Notes under the pieces: model-generated
Seen by the model: the letters and a program-made list of their open reading frames with translations, nothing else
The model's database searches: none
What the model was told of the DNA's origin: nothing
From: Candidatus Borrarchaeum weybense
Lineage (GTDB): Archaea > Asgardarchaeota > Sifarchaeia > Borrarchaeales > Borrarchaeaceae
Length of the DNA stretch: 64,000 nt
Direction of reading: 5' to 3'
NCBI GenBank assembly: GCA_019057385.1
Contig: JAHQJS010000007.1
Span: 64,001 to 128,000 of the forward strand
Translations under genes and position numbers: made by a program
Part shown: piece by piece, positions 18,775 to 28,777 of the stretch
How the letters are laid out: the number at the start of each line of letters is the position of its first letter
How positions within the stretch are numbered: position 1 is the stretch's first letter

Positions 18775-19794
18775 ATGAGTTCCAATAATGATCCTGTGGA
18801 TTTCAGGGGAGAAAAAATTACTCAAGTAGAAGTAGATATTATTACAAGATTAGAAGAGAAATTAGGGTTTATAATACCTATTGTTAATAAAGTAGAACCG
18901 AGTTCAATTGGATTCGTAGTTGAAAATACTAATATTATTGAATTGGGTTTGGGTAAGAAAAAAATCGAAGAATTTCCTGAAGAAATTAATGAATTGAATG
19001 AATTGAAATCATTAGAGCTAATGGATAATAAAATAACTCAAATTCCAGACAGTATACAGAAATTACAAAAATTGGTGAACCTGAATCTTCATGGGAATAA
19101 ATTAAAAACCTTACCTGATACAATTGGTAAGCTGACCAATTTAACATATTTAAGTCTTGGATCAAATTTAATTAATCATCTACCAGAGGGAATAGCTGGT
19201 TTAATACACCTTGAAACATTGATTTTGACAAGTAATAAGCTCAAGAGATTACCTGATTCAATATGTGATCTTCCTTCGCTTCAGTTTCTTTATCTTCATA
19301 ACAATCAAATAATAGAATTACCAGATAATTTTGGAAAATTATCTGCAATGATACAATTGTATTTAAGCAAAAATAAATTGAAAACCATACCTGATAGTAT
19401 TAATTGGATGATTCAATTAAAACGATTATATTTGCAAGAGAATCAGTTATTATCTCTACCTAATATTAGCAACTTGAAGAATTTAGAAGCTCTGTGGCTT
19501 GAAAACAACAATTTAGAAGTTCTACCTGATGGTTTATGTAACCTTAACAAATTAGTCAGACTACGACTTGCATTTAATGAGCTAGAAAACTTACCTGAGT
19601 GTTTTGGAGATTTACAGTCTTTATCTGAACTAATTTTACGTGGAAATAATTTGACAACATTACCAGATTCTATTGTTAATATTAGAACTATTAAAATGTT
19701 GTATTTGGATAACAATCCGCTATTTGAGTTTTCCTCAAGCATTTCAAGATGGTTATCTGGTATTAAAATGCTTGGAGGAGTTGTTTGTCATTAA
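18775..19794 (+). CDS. Leucine-rich repeat protein
   Basis: About 11 LxxLxLxxNxLxxLP repeats. Confidence 0.95.
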   Translation: MSSNNDPVDFRGEKITQVEVDIITRLEEKLGFIIPIVNKVEPSSIGFVVENTNIIELGLGKKKIEEFPEEINELNELKSLELMDNKITQIPDSIQKLQKLVNLNLHGNKLKTLPDTIGKLTNLTYLSLGSNLINHLPEGIAGLIHLETLILTSNKLKRLPDSICDLPSLQFLYLHNNQIIELPDNFGKLSAMIQLYLSKNKLKTIPDSINWMIQLKRLYLQENQLLSLPNISNLKNLEALWLENNNLEVLPDGLCNLNKLVRLRLAFNELENLPECFGDLQSLSELILRGNNLTTLPDSIVNIRTIKMLYLDNNPLFEFSSSISRWLSGIKMLGGVVCH

Positions 19795-19990
19795 AGTTTT
19801 ATAATTCATTTATATCGAGTCTTTTGCTCTTCCCCATAACCGAGTGACCTTAAAATCAGGGCCAGGGAAAATGGAAGGATGCACTGAGTGTTTTAAATCT
19901 GAATGTGAAAATTATCGAATTATATTTACGCGACAGAAAAAGTAAAGGCTGGATCAAGGGATCGTCATAGCACTTTACTTTAAAAAATTA

Positions 19991-20248
19991 ATGTGGAGAA
20001 AAGCAATGAATAAAGGTACAAAAACAGGATGGGATCTCAGTTTTTGTGGATTAAATTGTGCAGCATGCGAAATTTATCTCGCGTCACATGGTGATGATGA
20101 ACTACATGATAGACTAGTTGAATTCTTTAAAAAAAATTTTGATTCAAGCATTACTTCTGTATCTTGTGAAAGGTGTAGAGGTGTGACAGATAAGTGTTGG
20201 ACTTCTGATTGCCACTTCCGAACCTGTGCTACTGAACAAGGATTTTAG
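19991..20248 (+). pseudogene. DUF3795-like Cys-rich protein, apparently 3'-truncated
   Basis: CGLNCAAC...CERCRG...CW..DC.FR.CA, ending before the usual further Cys cluster. Confidence 0.6.
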
Positions 20249-20426
20249 CTCTTTGGCTTGCCATTCTTATCTGATCCAAGATACCCTCAATATCAGTTTT
20301 ACTAAGCATATCAGAAGTAACTATTTGATAATCAACTTGATGTCTCTCTTTAACTTTTTCTAATAGATCTTCAATAAGTCTTAAATCTTCATAGTTTTCG
20401 GAAATGTAAAGCACGTGTTTTCTCAT
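20229..20426 (-). pseudogene. Truncated paralogue of the N-terminus of 16409-17152
   Basis: MRKHVLYI.ENYE.LR.I.DLLEKVKE.HQ.DYQI.TS.MLS...ILDQIR.ASQRA is shared, then similarity ends abruptly. Confidence 0.85.
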
Positions 20427-20491
20427 ATCTACTCACACAATTTTCAGAGAATTCACATTGAGTTTTAGCTGATTCAGTGAATAATGAGCTG

Positions 20492-21610
20492 CTAAAGGTT
20501 CTTAATCATATCGACAAATATATCCCGCAATTCTTCGAATCTACCAATTGGCAGCCTTTGTAATGCTCTTAATAGTAGATGTGACTGATCTTCAAGAATG
20601 AATGAAGCTGTTTGAACATATTTATTCTCAAGAACAGTCAATCTAAGATCTTCATCAATCATTTCGAATAAAATCTCATCGTAAAACTTTTTGGCTTCTT
20701 TCTTGCCATTTATTTTATCTTTAAGAAGTGTTGCTAGCAAAAAATCAAAACCAAAACGCTGCATATCCTCAGGATCTACTTGCTCAACATTAATTAAGCC
20801 GAACATTAAGTTTGTTGCTTGCTCAAATAATTGCGACGTGGTTTTTAATAATTCGCCCCGTTCTGAGGTGCTCAAAAGTGTAGCTTTTAAGAGATTTTCA
20901 GCCGCCATGTGAATAAGCCTTGCTTTTACGTTTACAGCTACAGCATCAAAATCTTTGAAGTCGGTCATAAGATCCCTTAAACTATCGATCTCCGAAAGTA
21001 ATATTTCAGCCAACTGTTTATATCCTTCAGAGGCTTTTTCAAATTGATTTCTTCTCACGAAATCGGAGAGTTTGCTTTCTATTTCGAGAACTGATTTCTC
21101 CATTTTATGGTGAAGTTCAACTGCCTTCAAAATTAATTGTTCTTCTTTATCGAGTTCTGACAAAGTAGAAGTATAATATGAATATGCAGCCTTAAGAAGG
21201 CATGCCACAGAGACATCGCGATATTCTTCAAGATTTGACATTGCATAGTGTTGAAATGCCTTCTCATAGTAATATGCACTCTGTTCAATATCGTTCATGT
21301 CATACGCCGCATTTGCACAGAACATAAGAACTTCGCCAGAGATTTCTGGTACATTCGCGTCATTTAAATCATTTGCCAGTTCATTTGCTTTCTCTAGGAT
21401 GTAGTAAAGATATTTTGTTCCTTTTTCGAGAAGGACTGACATGGAAATAAACGCTTCTCTTGAAAAATAATACTTTCCGGTTTCAATGAACGCCTTTGCT
21501 GCTTGGAAGTAGTTTTCCGCGGCATTTTCAAAGTCATCGTCTTTCAAATAGGTATTTGCACGTTCCATCAGTTCTTCTGCAGTTAAACTTGAACCCAAAA
21601 CATCACACAC
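20492..21610 (-). CDS. Alpha-helical TPR/SNAP-like repeat protein
   Basis: AAENYFQAAKAF, SAYYYEKAFQHY, ACLLKAAYSY helical-hairpin patterns. Confidence 0.6.
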   Translation of the reverse strand: MCDVLGSSLTAEELMERANTYLKDDDFENAAENYFQAAKAFIETGKYYFSREAFISMSVLLEKGTKYLYYILEKANELANDLNDANVPEISGEVLMFCANAAYDMNDIEQSAYYYEKAFQHYAMSNLEEYRDVSVACLLKAAYSYYTSTLSELDKEEQLILKAVELHHKMEKSVLEIESKLSDFVRRNQFEKASEGYKQLAEILLSEIDSLRDLMTDFKDFDAVAVNVKARLIHMAAENLLKATLLSTSERGELLKTTSQLFEQATNLMFGLINVEQVDPEDMQRFGFDFLLATLLKDKINGKKEAKKFYDEILFEMIDEDLRLTVLENKYVQTASFILEDQSHLLLRALQRLPIGRFEELRDIFVDMIKNL

Positions 21611-21667
21611 TCAAAGAAATCATTTTCTGATCAAAGGTGAACCCAGTAGTCTTATAGAATAAAAAAA

Positions 21668-22546
21668 CTACATATGATTTAACCATTTTGGTCGAAGTTT
21701 TTTAGTCTGTGGGTCTTTAAGGCGTTGTTCCAATAATTTAAGCATTCCAGGAAGATCTTCTGGCAGTTTACCTTCAAAATTTTCATAGTTGCTAATATGA
21801 TCATTAAACACTTCACTGGTTACGTGCGATTCTATCCTTTTCAGGATGTTGTAGAGCTCAAGAATAGTCTCAAAAGGAGTAAGTCTTTGGAATTTACCAG
21901 ATTTCAATTCATCATATAGAGGAGCACATGGGAACAAATTCAGCGTCCTGAATCGAAATATTGGAGGATTTATCTCATTTAAAACATCAGCAGTCTCCTT
22001 TGCGTGAATCTCGGTATGTTCTTTACCTCCGAGTCCTAAAATCACGTACAACGAAAGCCGAAATCCCGCTTCAATTGCCTTCTTAGCGGCCTTTATCATC
22101 ATTCTTGCTGTAGTTCCTTTATTCATAAGTTTTAAGACTAGGTTACTCCCTGATTCCAAGCCCACGTACAATGTAACTAATCCTGCTTCTCTTAATTTCT
22201 TTAATTCCGCGGGTGTTTTCTTAAGCAGATCGTGGTTCTTGGCATAACAAGAAATGTGTTCGACTGGAAATCTTTGCTTTATTCGATCGATTACTTCAAT
22301 TAGTAAGTCGGTTGGTGCCGACAAGGCGTTTCCACCAGCAAGAAATACTCTTCCATTCCAACCGTAATTTTGTGCCCATAGTTCAATGTCATTGAAAATT
22401 TCCTCTTTGGATCGAACTCGATAGTCTTGCACTCCTTTGTAAACACTGCAGAATCTGCAGTTATTCCAAGTGCAACCCTCCGTTACTCCAATGAGAACCG
22501 AGTGTGCTTCAACTGGAGGACGTATTATAACACCTTTTACTGTCAT
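21668..22546 (-). CDS. Radical SAM protein
   Basis: GCTWNNCRFC, YVGLESG, ILGLGG, DHISNY. Confidence 0.9.
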   Translation of the reverse strand: MTVKGVIIRPPVEAHSVLIGVTEGCTWNNCRFCSVYKGVQDYRVRSKEEIFNDIELWAQNYGWNGRVFLAGGNALSAPTDLLIEVIDRIKQRFPVEHISCYAKNHDLLKKTPAELKKLREAGLVTLYVGLESGSNLVLKLMNKGTTARMMIKAAKKAIEAGFRLSLYVILGLGGKEHTEIHAKETADVLNEINPPIFRFRTLNLFPCAPLYDELKSGKFQRLTPFETILELYNILKRIESHVTSEVFNDHISNYENFEGKLPEDLPGMLKLLEQRLKDPQTKKLRPKWLNHM

Positions 22547-22786
22547 GACGCCTACCTTTTGGACTTTTCAGTTTTTCATATTCTCAGGATCTTAAAAAAG
22601 ATTATCTATCTCGAAGCAAACACATTGACATTTTCTCCTGTTTTTCAAACATAATTTTGTCGGCTAATTTTGGCTAATTATTGTTTTTCTTCGGATAGCT
22701 CTTTTAGCTTTCATTTGTACGATGGTCTCTCTAGAATTATAAACAATAGTACTAATTAAAACGAAAAGCACAAAATAAGAAAGGAA

Positions 22787-23026
22787 GTGATAGTTTTCAC
22801 CGAGCTTATTGCATATGATGAGCGTTGCCTCATTTATCCAATCAAAATAACTAGTATTTTTCACCCTGAAGAAGATCCAGAGATAGTTATAATCGAAGTT
22901 GATTCACTGGAAGAACTAAGGTTGATTGCTGAGGGTTTTCAAAAACCACTTCTATATGATGAAAACCATTTTCTTGTTATTTTTGATAAAGATATTCACT
23001 ATAGAACTAAAAAACCTTCTCTATAG
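22787..23026 (+). CDS. Small hypothetical protein
   Basis: Protein-like composition, followed by a hairpin. Confidence 0.5.
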   Translation: MIVFTELIAYDERCLIYPIKITSIFHPEEDPEIVIIEVDSLEELRLIAEGFQKPLLYDENHFLVIFDKDIHYRTKKPSL

Positions 23027-23040
23027 CGAGCTGTGATCTT

Positions 23041-23067
23041 AAATTCAAACAACAGCTGTTTGAATTT
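23041..23067. terminator. 11-bp inverted repeat (terminator- or operator-like)
   Basis: AAATTCAAACA-ACAGC-TGTTTGAATTT just after the 22787-23026 stop. Confidence 0.45.
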
Positions 23068-23256
23068 CTTATAGAATTGCCCTAAAAGGCACTTTTTGTT
23101 TTTTCTGATTTTTCTACTACTTTTCCTATGAAATAAGCTAAATTTACAGCGGCCAGTCGGAGTTGAATTATTAGGTTCGATGAAAATGCCACTTCAAATA
23201 AACTAATAAGGTGACTACACAACTACTAGCACAAAGTTGGAATCGATGGGATTTCT

Positions 23257-23520
23257 GTGCCTGAAAAAGTCTTCTATTCACCCGAATTGACAAATCGTAA
23301 TTATTGTCACAACTGCAAGATCTGTATAAATGTCTGCCCAGTCAAAGCCCTTAAAAAGACGGTTTTAGACATTGAAGTGGATCGTAAAATTTGTGCAGAA
23401 TACGTTTTATCGATCGATGAGTGTATTAGATGTGCTGCTGCATGTCCACAGGGTATTATTAAATTAGTTCCCTTTGTTATTGCAGATGATGGACAAATAA
23501 AACGGGTTGAATCTGCCTAG
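23257..23520 (+). CDS. 2x[4Fe-4S] ferredoxin
   Basis: CHNCKICINVCP and CIRCAAACP. Confidence 0.88.
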   Translation: MPEKVFYSPELTNRNYCHNCKICINVCPVKALKKTVLDIEVDRKICAEYVLSIDECIRCAAACPQGIIKLVPFVIADDGQIKRVESA

Positions 23521-23737
23521 TTTGTCTTCTCTCTCTCCAAAAATAGGTTTTTTCTCGGCAGTATCTATAAATAGTGATTTAAACAGATATCATTTTAAAA
23601 TAAGAAATTGGTGTACAAAGTTAGAATTATTCGTTTGCTACTCGCATAAGGCATTCGATGGAAAATATTAATCGACAACATTCTCTACCCTCTATTCGAA
23701 TAATTCTAAATCTTAAATAAAGAGTAAAGGCGATTTA

Positions 23738-24043
23738 ATGCCTAGAACAAAAAAAGACACTAAGAATGAGAAGAATATTAAACCATACGTAACTAAAACG
23801 ATTCCCTTTAGCCGTGTTGATGTACGTATTATTGAACATTTAGTTAATCAAGGTGTATTTACCAGCTTCAGTGACTGTGTCCGAACTGCCGTTAGAGATT
23901 TTTTATATGCGCGGGTGGAAACGAATATCAAGGACGAACTTGTAGGTTTGCAAGGGGACATGATTTTTGACAGAGAGGCTATTAAAATGATGCTATCTGA
24001 CCATCTTACAAGAATGGATAAGCGTAGAACAAGAAAAGAGTAA
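23738..24043 (+). CDS. Ribbon-helix-helix (CopG/Arc-like) regulator
   Basis: TKTIPF...IEHLVNQG.F.SFSD.VRTAVRDFL. Confidence 0.78.
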   Translation: MPRTKKDTKNEKNIKPYVTKTIPFSRVDVRIIEHLVNQGVFTSFSDCVRTAVRDFLYARVETNIKDELVGLQGDMIFDREAIKMMLSDHLTRMDKRRTRKE

Positions 24044-24168
24044 TGTGCTTATTTTAAAAACTCTTGGTGTTGTAGGTTATTCTAAATATTTTTTTGAGTG
24101 TTAGATACTGAAGGAGTTAATCTTAAAGAGCGAAAACTGTCTAATAACATAACCTTTAAAAGTATACT

Positions 24169-24214
24169 CTTTAGACTTTACATGCAAGTCTAAAGTCAGA
24201 GTTTAATTCTCTGA
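24169..24214. promoter_or_regulatory. Two inverted repeats between a TATA-like box and rps26e
   Basis: CTTTAGACTT-N7-AAGTCTAAAG and TCAGAG-N7-CTCTGA, after TTTAAA at 24155. Confidence 0.45.
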
Positions 24215-24241
24215 AAAGTAAAAAACAGATGAGTGAAAAAA

Positions 24242-24514
24242 ATGGGTAAAAAGAGAAAGTCAGGCGGAAGATCAAAAGGTAAAAAAGGGGCGTCCACTAG
24301 GGTTCAATGTAGTTTCTGTGGTAAACTTGTTCCTAGAGATAAAGCTAAGAAAGTAACAAAATATGTCACGCTGGTCGATCCGCGTATTTCGAAGGAATTA
24401 AGGCAACAAGGGGCTTTTATACCTCGAAGACGGGTCACAAAAACTGCTTGCGTATCATGTGCTGTGCATAAAGGAATGGTTAAAGTCAGGGCTAAAAATG
24501 AACGAAAAGATTAA
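24242..24514 (+). CDS. rps26e: 30S ribosomal protein S26e
   Basis: MGKKRKSGGRSKG, VQCSFCG..VPRDKAKK, CVSCAVH. Confidence 0.96.
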   Translation: MGKKRKSGGRSKGKKGASTRVQCSFCGKLVPRDKAKKVTKYVTLVDPRISKELRQQGAFIPRRRVTKTACVSCAVHKGMVKVRAKNERKD

Positions 24515-24578
24515 AAAAACTAATTAACAGGCAAAAAAGTGCAAAAAATACTCCTCCTATCACAGGTGATGATTTTAT

Positions 24579-24818
24579 ATGCCAAAAGACAAACCTGAGT
24601 TTTTTGTCCGAGTTGAGCCGGAACTTTGCAAAGGCTGTGGCCTCTGTGTTGCATTTTGTGGAAGAGACGCCCTTAAGATGTATGATGATTTAAAAAGTGG
24701 TAAACGCGTACCACAAGTTGTTAATATGGAACGCTGTAATGGATGCAGGCTCTGTGAATGGTATTGTCCTGATTTTGCCATATACATTGTTGAAAAGGTA
24801 GCAGCAAAAGCAATCTAA
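24579..24818 (+). CDS. 2x[4Fe-4S] ferredoxin (2-oxoacid oxidoreductase delta-like)
   Basis: CKGCGLCVAFC, CNGCRLCEWYCPDFAI. Confidence 0.88.
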   Translation: MPKDKPEFFVRVEPELCKGCGLCVAFCGRDALKMYDDLKSGKRVPQVVNMERCNGCRLCEWYCPDFAIYIVEKVAAKAI

Positions 24819-24986
24819 TTTACTCTGCTTAGCTATTTCTACTTGACTTCAAGTTATAATTAAACCTGTATTCTATTCTATTATTTTTGAAAAATTTCAA
24901 AATTTGCAAAACAGAAATACAAAAAAAGATGTATTTTTTAATTAAATTAAGTAAACCATAACAAGACCTGAATTACGGATGATATT

Positions 24987-26171
24987 ATGGACTGCAGATA
25001 TCTTCAGAGGGAAGAAGATAGAATATTTTGTCAGTTAAAGAACTCTCAAATTACAAAAAAATATGTAAGGCGCGTTTGTATACATCATGAAGACTCAGCA
25101 ACTTGCATTAAAGCAGTGGAAGCATTTCAAGAGGCCGATCGTTTAGCAGAAAACAATAATATTTCCTGTTTGACTTTATATCGTGAAGCGTCTGCCCTTT
25201 TTGCAAGTCCTCAGCTTAAGGATTTTTTAAAAGCTATTCTTAGTCGAATAAAATTGATTATGTTTCAAAAAAAGCATGAGTACTATGATCAAGCTCTTCA
25301 GGAAGCCAAAGAAGTAAAAGAGTTATACAACAATGCTTTGAAATCTACGCCTTCCTTAAGAAGTTCAGATATTGGTGAAAAAATCGCATCCTTAGAACAA
25401 TCGCTCCAAGTCTCATATAATCAATCAAAAGAAAGTGGGGGTTTAGTACGACCAAGTGCAGTACTTCAAACAATTTCAGAAATGCAAGTTGAAGCAGCAG
25501 TTGGTCATGCAAAGCATTATTCCATAGAAGAAGCTCTTACGAAAGAAATTGAAACTGTGATTGAACAAGAGGTTACAGGAAAAGTCACTCCCGAACCACC
25601 CTCTGAACCTACAGAGACAAGCCCTGCAACTGAAGTGAGTGTTACTACAACAGAAGTAGGTGAAACAACAGAAGAAGTTCCTACGGTAGAAATGCCTACA
25701 GTAGAAAATGAAATTACAATCGACACACTTACTACAGAAGCGGGTGGTATTATTGAATCAGTTGAGACAATAGAAGAGGCTGATTCCAGTATGGGTTTCT
25801 TGCCTCATTATAGAGAAAAGGCAGAAAATTATGAAAAACTTGCAAAAAAACAAATTTCAGAAGGCAAAATAGCTGCAGCTGCAAAATATACTGCATTATC
25901 TTCAATTTCATGGATACTTGCAGGAAATCCTCAGGAAGGACTCATAACATTAAATAAGCTTCTTAAAGAGAGCAAGGGGAAAAGACAAGCTGTAAAAAAA
26001 GAATCGATCTTTATCATAGCACGTTCCCTTATTCTTGCTAGTTTTAATAAAGATATGGGGAAATTCTATGAAGCAGAATTACTAATAAGACAGTTGAAAA
26101 ACGACTATTCAGATGAGGAAATGGAACTAATTGGCCAAGGTCTAAAAACAGTTCAAGAATTAATTGAATGA
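24987..26171 (+). CDS. Hypothetical protein: Cys-rich N-terminus, helical domains, acidic Thr/Pro linker
   Basis: MDC...FC...VC...TC; TPEPPSEPTETSPATE linker; TPR-like C-terminus. Confidence 0.7.
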   Translation: MDCRYLQREEDRIFCQLKNSQITKKYVRRVCIHHEDSATCIKAVEAFQEADRLAENNNISCLTLYREASALFASPQLKDFLKAILSRIKLIMFQKKHEYYDQALQEAKEVKELYNNALKSTPSLRSSDIGEKIASLEQSLQVSYNQSKESGGLVRPSAVLQTISEMQVEAAVGHAKHYSIEEALTKEIETVIEQEVTGKVTPEPPSEPTETSPATEVSVTTTEVGETTEEVPTVEMPTVENEITIDTLTTEAGGIIESVETIEEADSSMGFLPHYREKAENYEKLAKKQISEGKIAAAAKYTALSSISWILAGNPQEGLITLNKLLKESKGKRQAVKKESIFIIARSLILASFNKDMGKFYEAELLIRQLKNDYSDEEMELIGQGLKTVQELIE

Positions 26172-26551
26172 AATATAATCAAATTCTGCTTTGCAAATTT
26201 GTTTTTTACTTAATTGAATCAATTAAAGGTGTTTTCTTGATTTGGTATAATGTCTCGTTTAATGAAAATACAGTTTTTTTAGATGTTAATCCGCCTGATG
26301 GCGAAGAATGGAAAGCTCAATTTCAATGGAACGATATAATTCGCGTATGTTTCCAAGTAGGGGATCTTTGGGAGTCGGATGACATCTATATTTTCACTAA
26401 CAAGCGGCCAGAAAGTTATGTTATTCCAACCGAAGCTAACGGAAGTCCTGAATGTTGGGGCGAGATAATTCGCAGGGATTTATTTGACGCGGAGTTGGCA
26501 ATTAAGATTGCCTCTGCCACCGAGGGACTTTATTGCTGGCCAGAAGATTGA
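26168..26551 (+). CDS. Hypothetical protein (start may be near 26238)
   Basis: Trp-rich, protein-like ORF (WNDIIRVCF...YVIPTEA...LFDAELAI). Confidence 0.65.
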   Translation: MKYNQILLCKFVFYLIESIKGVFLIWYNVSFNENTVFLDVNPPDGEEWKAQFQWNDIIRVCFQVGDLWESDDIYIFTNKRPESYVIPTEANGSPECWGEIIRRDLFDAELAIKIASATEGLYCWPED

Positions 26552-26611
26552 TAAAAGATTTACATGACCACGAGAATACTTTATCTAACCTCTGCAAGAA
26601 GACTCCATCCG

Positions 26612-28777
26612 TCAGGGTGGGGTAATTGACTTAATATGTCTAACGTCTTTTCCTTTATATACAGCTTGTTTAAATACAATCATTCGCATAGGAGATTGTG
26701 TCTGGACTTCTTCAAAATAATGTGCTGCAAGCCCGACCATTCTACCGAAAATAAAAATAACTTTGGCTAATAGCGGAGATAATTTCATATCAGCAGTAAT
26801 TGCTCCTATTACTCCATCCACATTAATAGGTAAACTCATGCCTTTAACTCTATGAAAGATTTTAGGAAGCATTTTAGATAACTCTACACATTCCTTTGCT
26901 TCCTTAGCGTCTTCTGATAATTTCCAGAGAATGTCTCGACGAGGATCTTTGGTGTGTATTCTATGACCTAATCCTTGAATACGTTTACCAGAACGACTGA
27001 TTTTATCTACCACTTCAAATGCGGATTCTTCTAATGTAAAGTTCTTTTCTTTTGAATTTTTAATTATGTCCAAAAAGAATTCTGCCGCTTTAGCACCTGC
27101 ACCTCCATGAACATCCGTTATTGCCTGAACTCCGCCTGCTAAAGCAACTTCAAATGAGGTTCTAGAAGAAGCTAACAAAAGAGTTGTTTGAGCAGAAGGA
27201 GGCGTAACTCCATGATCAACACATGCAGAAATCATAGCCTCTAGCAATCTAACTTTCCTAGGGTCGGGATTTTCTTCACCAACAAACGCACGATAAATTG
27301 CATTTGAAAATGGTGAATTTTCTGGAAGATTGTCTAGAAATCTATGATTTCCAAATACTAATGCGAAATATTTTGTTACGCGACCTAAAGTATAGATTAG
27401 TTTGTTAATGGGTTGTAATTTTCGAATTTCCTCCATCAGCAGTCTGTCATCTAACAAGAGATACGTTCCAATAGTTTTAGAGATATCTTGAGAGCTTGGT
27501 TCTATGGTTAGATTGATTACGGGAAAGTCATCTCTGATTGCTCGTAAAGCTAACTTTTCAAGTTCTGTAAGCTCAGTTGACTTAGGGAATTCTCCTTGAA
27601 TAACAAGGAATGCAATTTCAAGCAGATTTTTCTTTTCTATTAACTCCTGGAGAGGATACCCCCTTATAAGCAAATTATTTGGAACAACTTTCGTAATAAG
27701 AGTGCCCCATGTTGGTTCAGGTGGTTTAGCGCCCCATATTTGTTGCATTCGTTTATAATAATCCTCGACTCGAAAATAACGTCTATTATTTAGAAGTCGT
27801 TTAACTTCTTGAATTAAATCCCTTTGAGAATTAACTACTACTACTCCTGCTCTTTCTAAACTTGTTTTTTTGGATTCATAGGTGCCATAACTTTGTCCTG
27901 GAGCGACAACAGCACCCGCATGACCCATTGTTTTACCTGCAGGGGCATTAGCACCTGATATTAGAGCTACTAAAGGTTTTATGTAGTTTTCAGGATTTTG
28001 CTGAATATCTTGGGCTAAAGATTCTTCTTGCATTCCTCCAATTTCGCCCGCGATTACTACTAAATCTGTGTTTTTATAATTCATAATTAATTGAACAAGA
28101 TCAATAAAACGAGAACCAATAGCACCATCGCCACCAATTCCCAAGACTGCGTTTTGAGCTATGCCAGCGCTGGATAATGCATCAGATAGATGATAAAGAA
28201 TCGCACCGCTTCTTGAAATTACTGTCACGCCTTTTGGTCCAGCTTGACCAAGTTTAACTTCTTCAGGATGAAAAATATCTGGTAACATGCCCACTTTTAT
28301 TCCTTCAGGAGGAAATATGATACCTGGAGTATTGCCTCCGAACAAAATAGTATTATGTTTTCGAACCGCTACTAGTATGTCCCTTACATCCCGTAATGGA
28401 ATCCCTTCGGTGATTAACACGACAATTGGGATTCCTGCTTCTATGGCTTCAATTGTAGCATCTTTTGCAGTGGAGTAATGACGCCAGATGCTAGCTACTG
28501 CAATGTTCGGATGAGATTTTAACGCTTCCTTAGCCGTTTCATACACAGGAATAGTCTCATGAACTCTTGTGCCGCCTTTCCCAGGAGCGACACCACAAGT
28601 AATTGTTGTACCGTAATCATGCATTAACTTAGCATGGCGAGTTCCCTGTCGTCCAAGTCCCACGATCACAGTTTCTATTGTTTTAGTTTGGGAAATATGT
28701 TCTGCTAAGTCGGGACGGATACCTTTAATCAAATAATATAATAATCCTTGATCAGGGGCTATTCGCTTTAAACTCAT
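26612..28777 (-). CDS. SucD-like CoA ligase alpha + citryl-CoA lyase domain fusion (ATP-citrate lyase A-like)
   Basis: ITEGIP, GNTPG, SRSG, GIGGD, GEIGG, MGHAGA phospho-His; C-terminal DHGVTPPS, HGGAG, GLGHRIHTKDPR, NVDG. Confidence 0.88.
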   Translation of the reverse strand: MSLKRIAPDQGLLYYLIKGIRPDLAEHISQTKTIETVIVGLGRQGTRHAKLMHDYGTTITCGVAPGKGGTRVHETIPVYETAKEALKSHPNIAVASIWRHYSTAKDATIEAIEAGIPIVVLITEGIPLRDVRDILVAVRKHNTILFGGNTPGIIFPPEGIKVGMLPDIFHPEEVKLGQAGPKGVTVISRSGAILYHLSDALSSAGIAQNAVLGIGGDGAIGSRFIDLVQLIMNYKNTDLVVIAGEIGGMQEESLAQDIQQNPENYIKPLVALISGANAPAGKTMGHAGAVVAPGQSYGTYESKKTSLERAGVVVVNSQRDLIQEVKRLLNNRRYFRVEDYYKRMQQIWGAKPPEPTWGTLITKVVPNNLLIRGYPLQELIEKKNLLEIAFLVIQGEFPKSTELTELEKLALRAIRDDFPVINLTIEPSSQDISKTIGTYLLLDDRLLMEEIRKLQPINKLIYTLGRVTKYFALVFGNHRFLDNLPENSPFSNAIYRAFVGEENPDPRKVRLLEAMISACVDHGVTPPSAQTTLLLASSRTSFEVALAGGVQAITDVHGGAGAKAAEFFLDIIKNSKEKNFTLEESAFEVVDKISRSGKRIQGLGHRIHTKDPRRDILWKLSEDAKEAKECVELSKMLPKIFHRVKGMSLPINVDGVIGAITADMKLSPLLAKVIFIFGRMVGLAAHYFEEVQTQSPMRMIVFKQAVYKGKDVRHIKSITPP

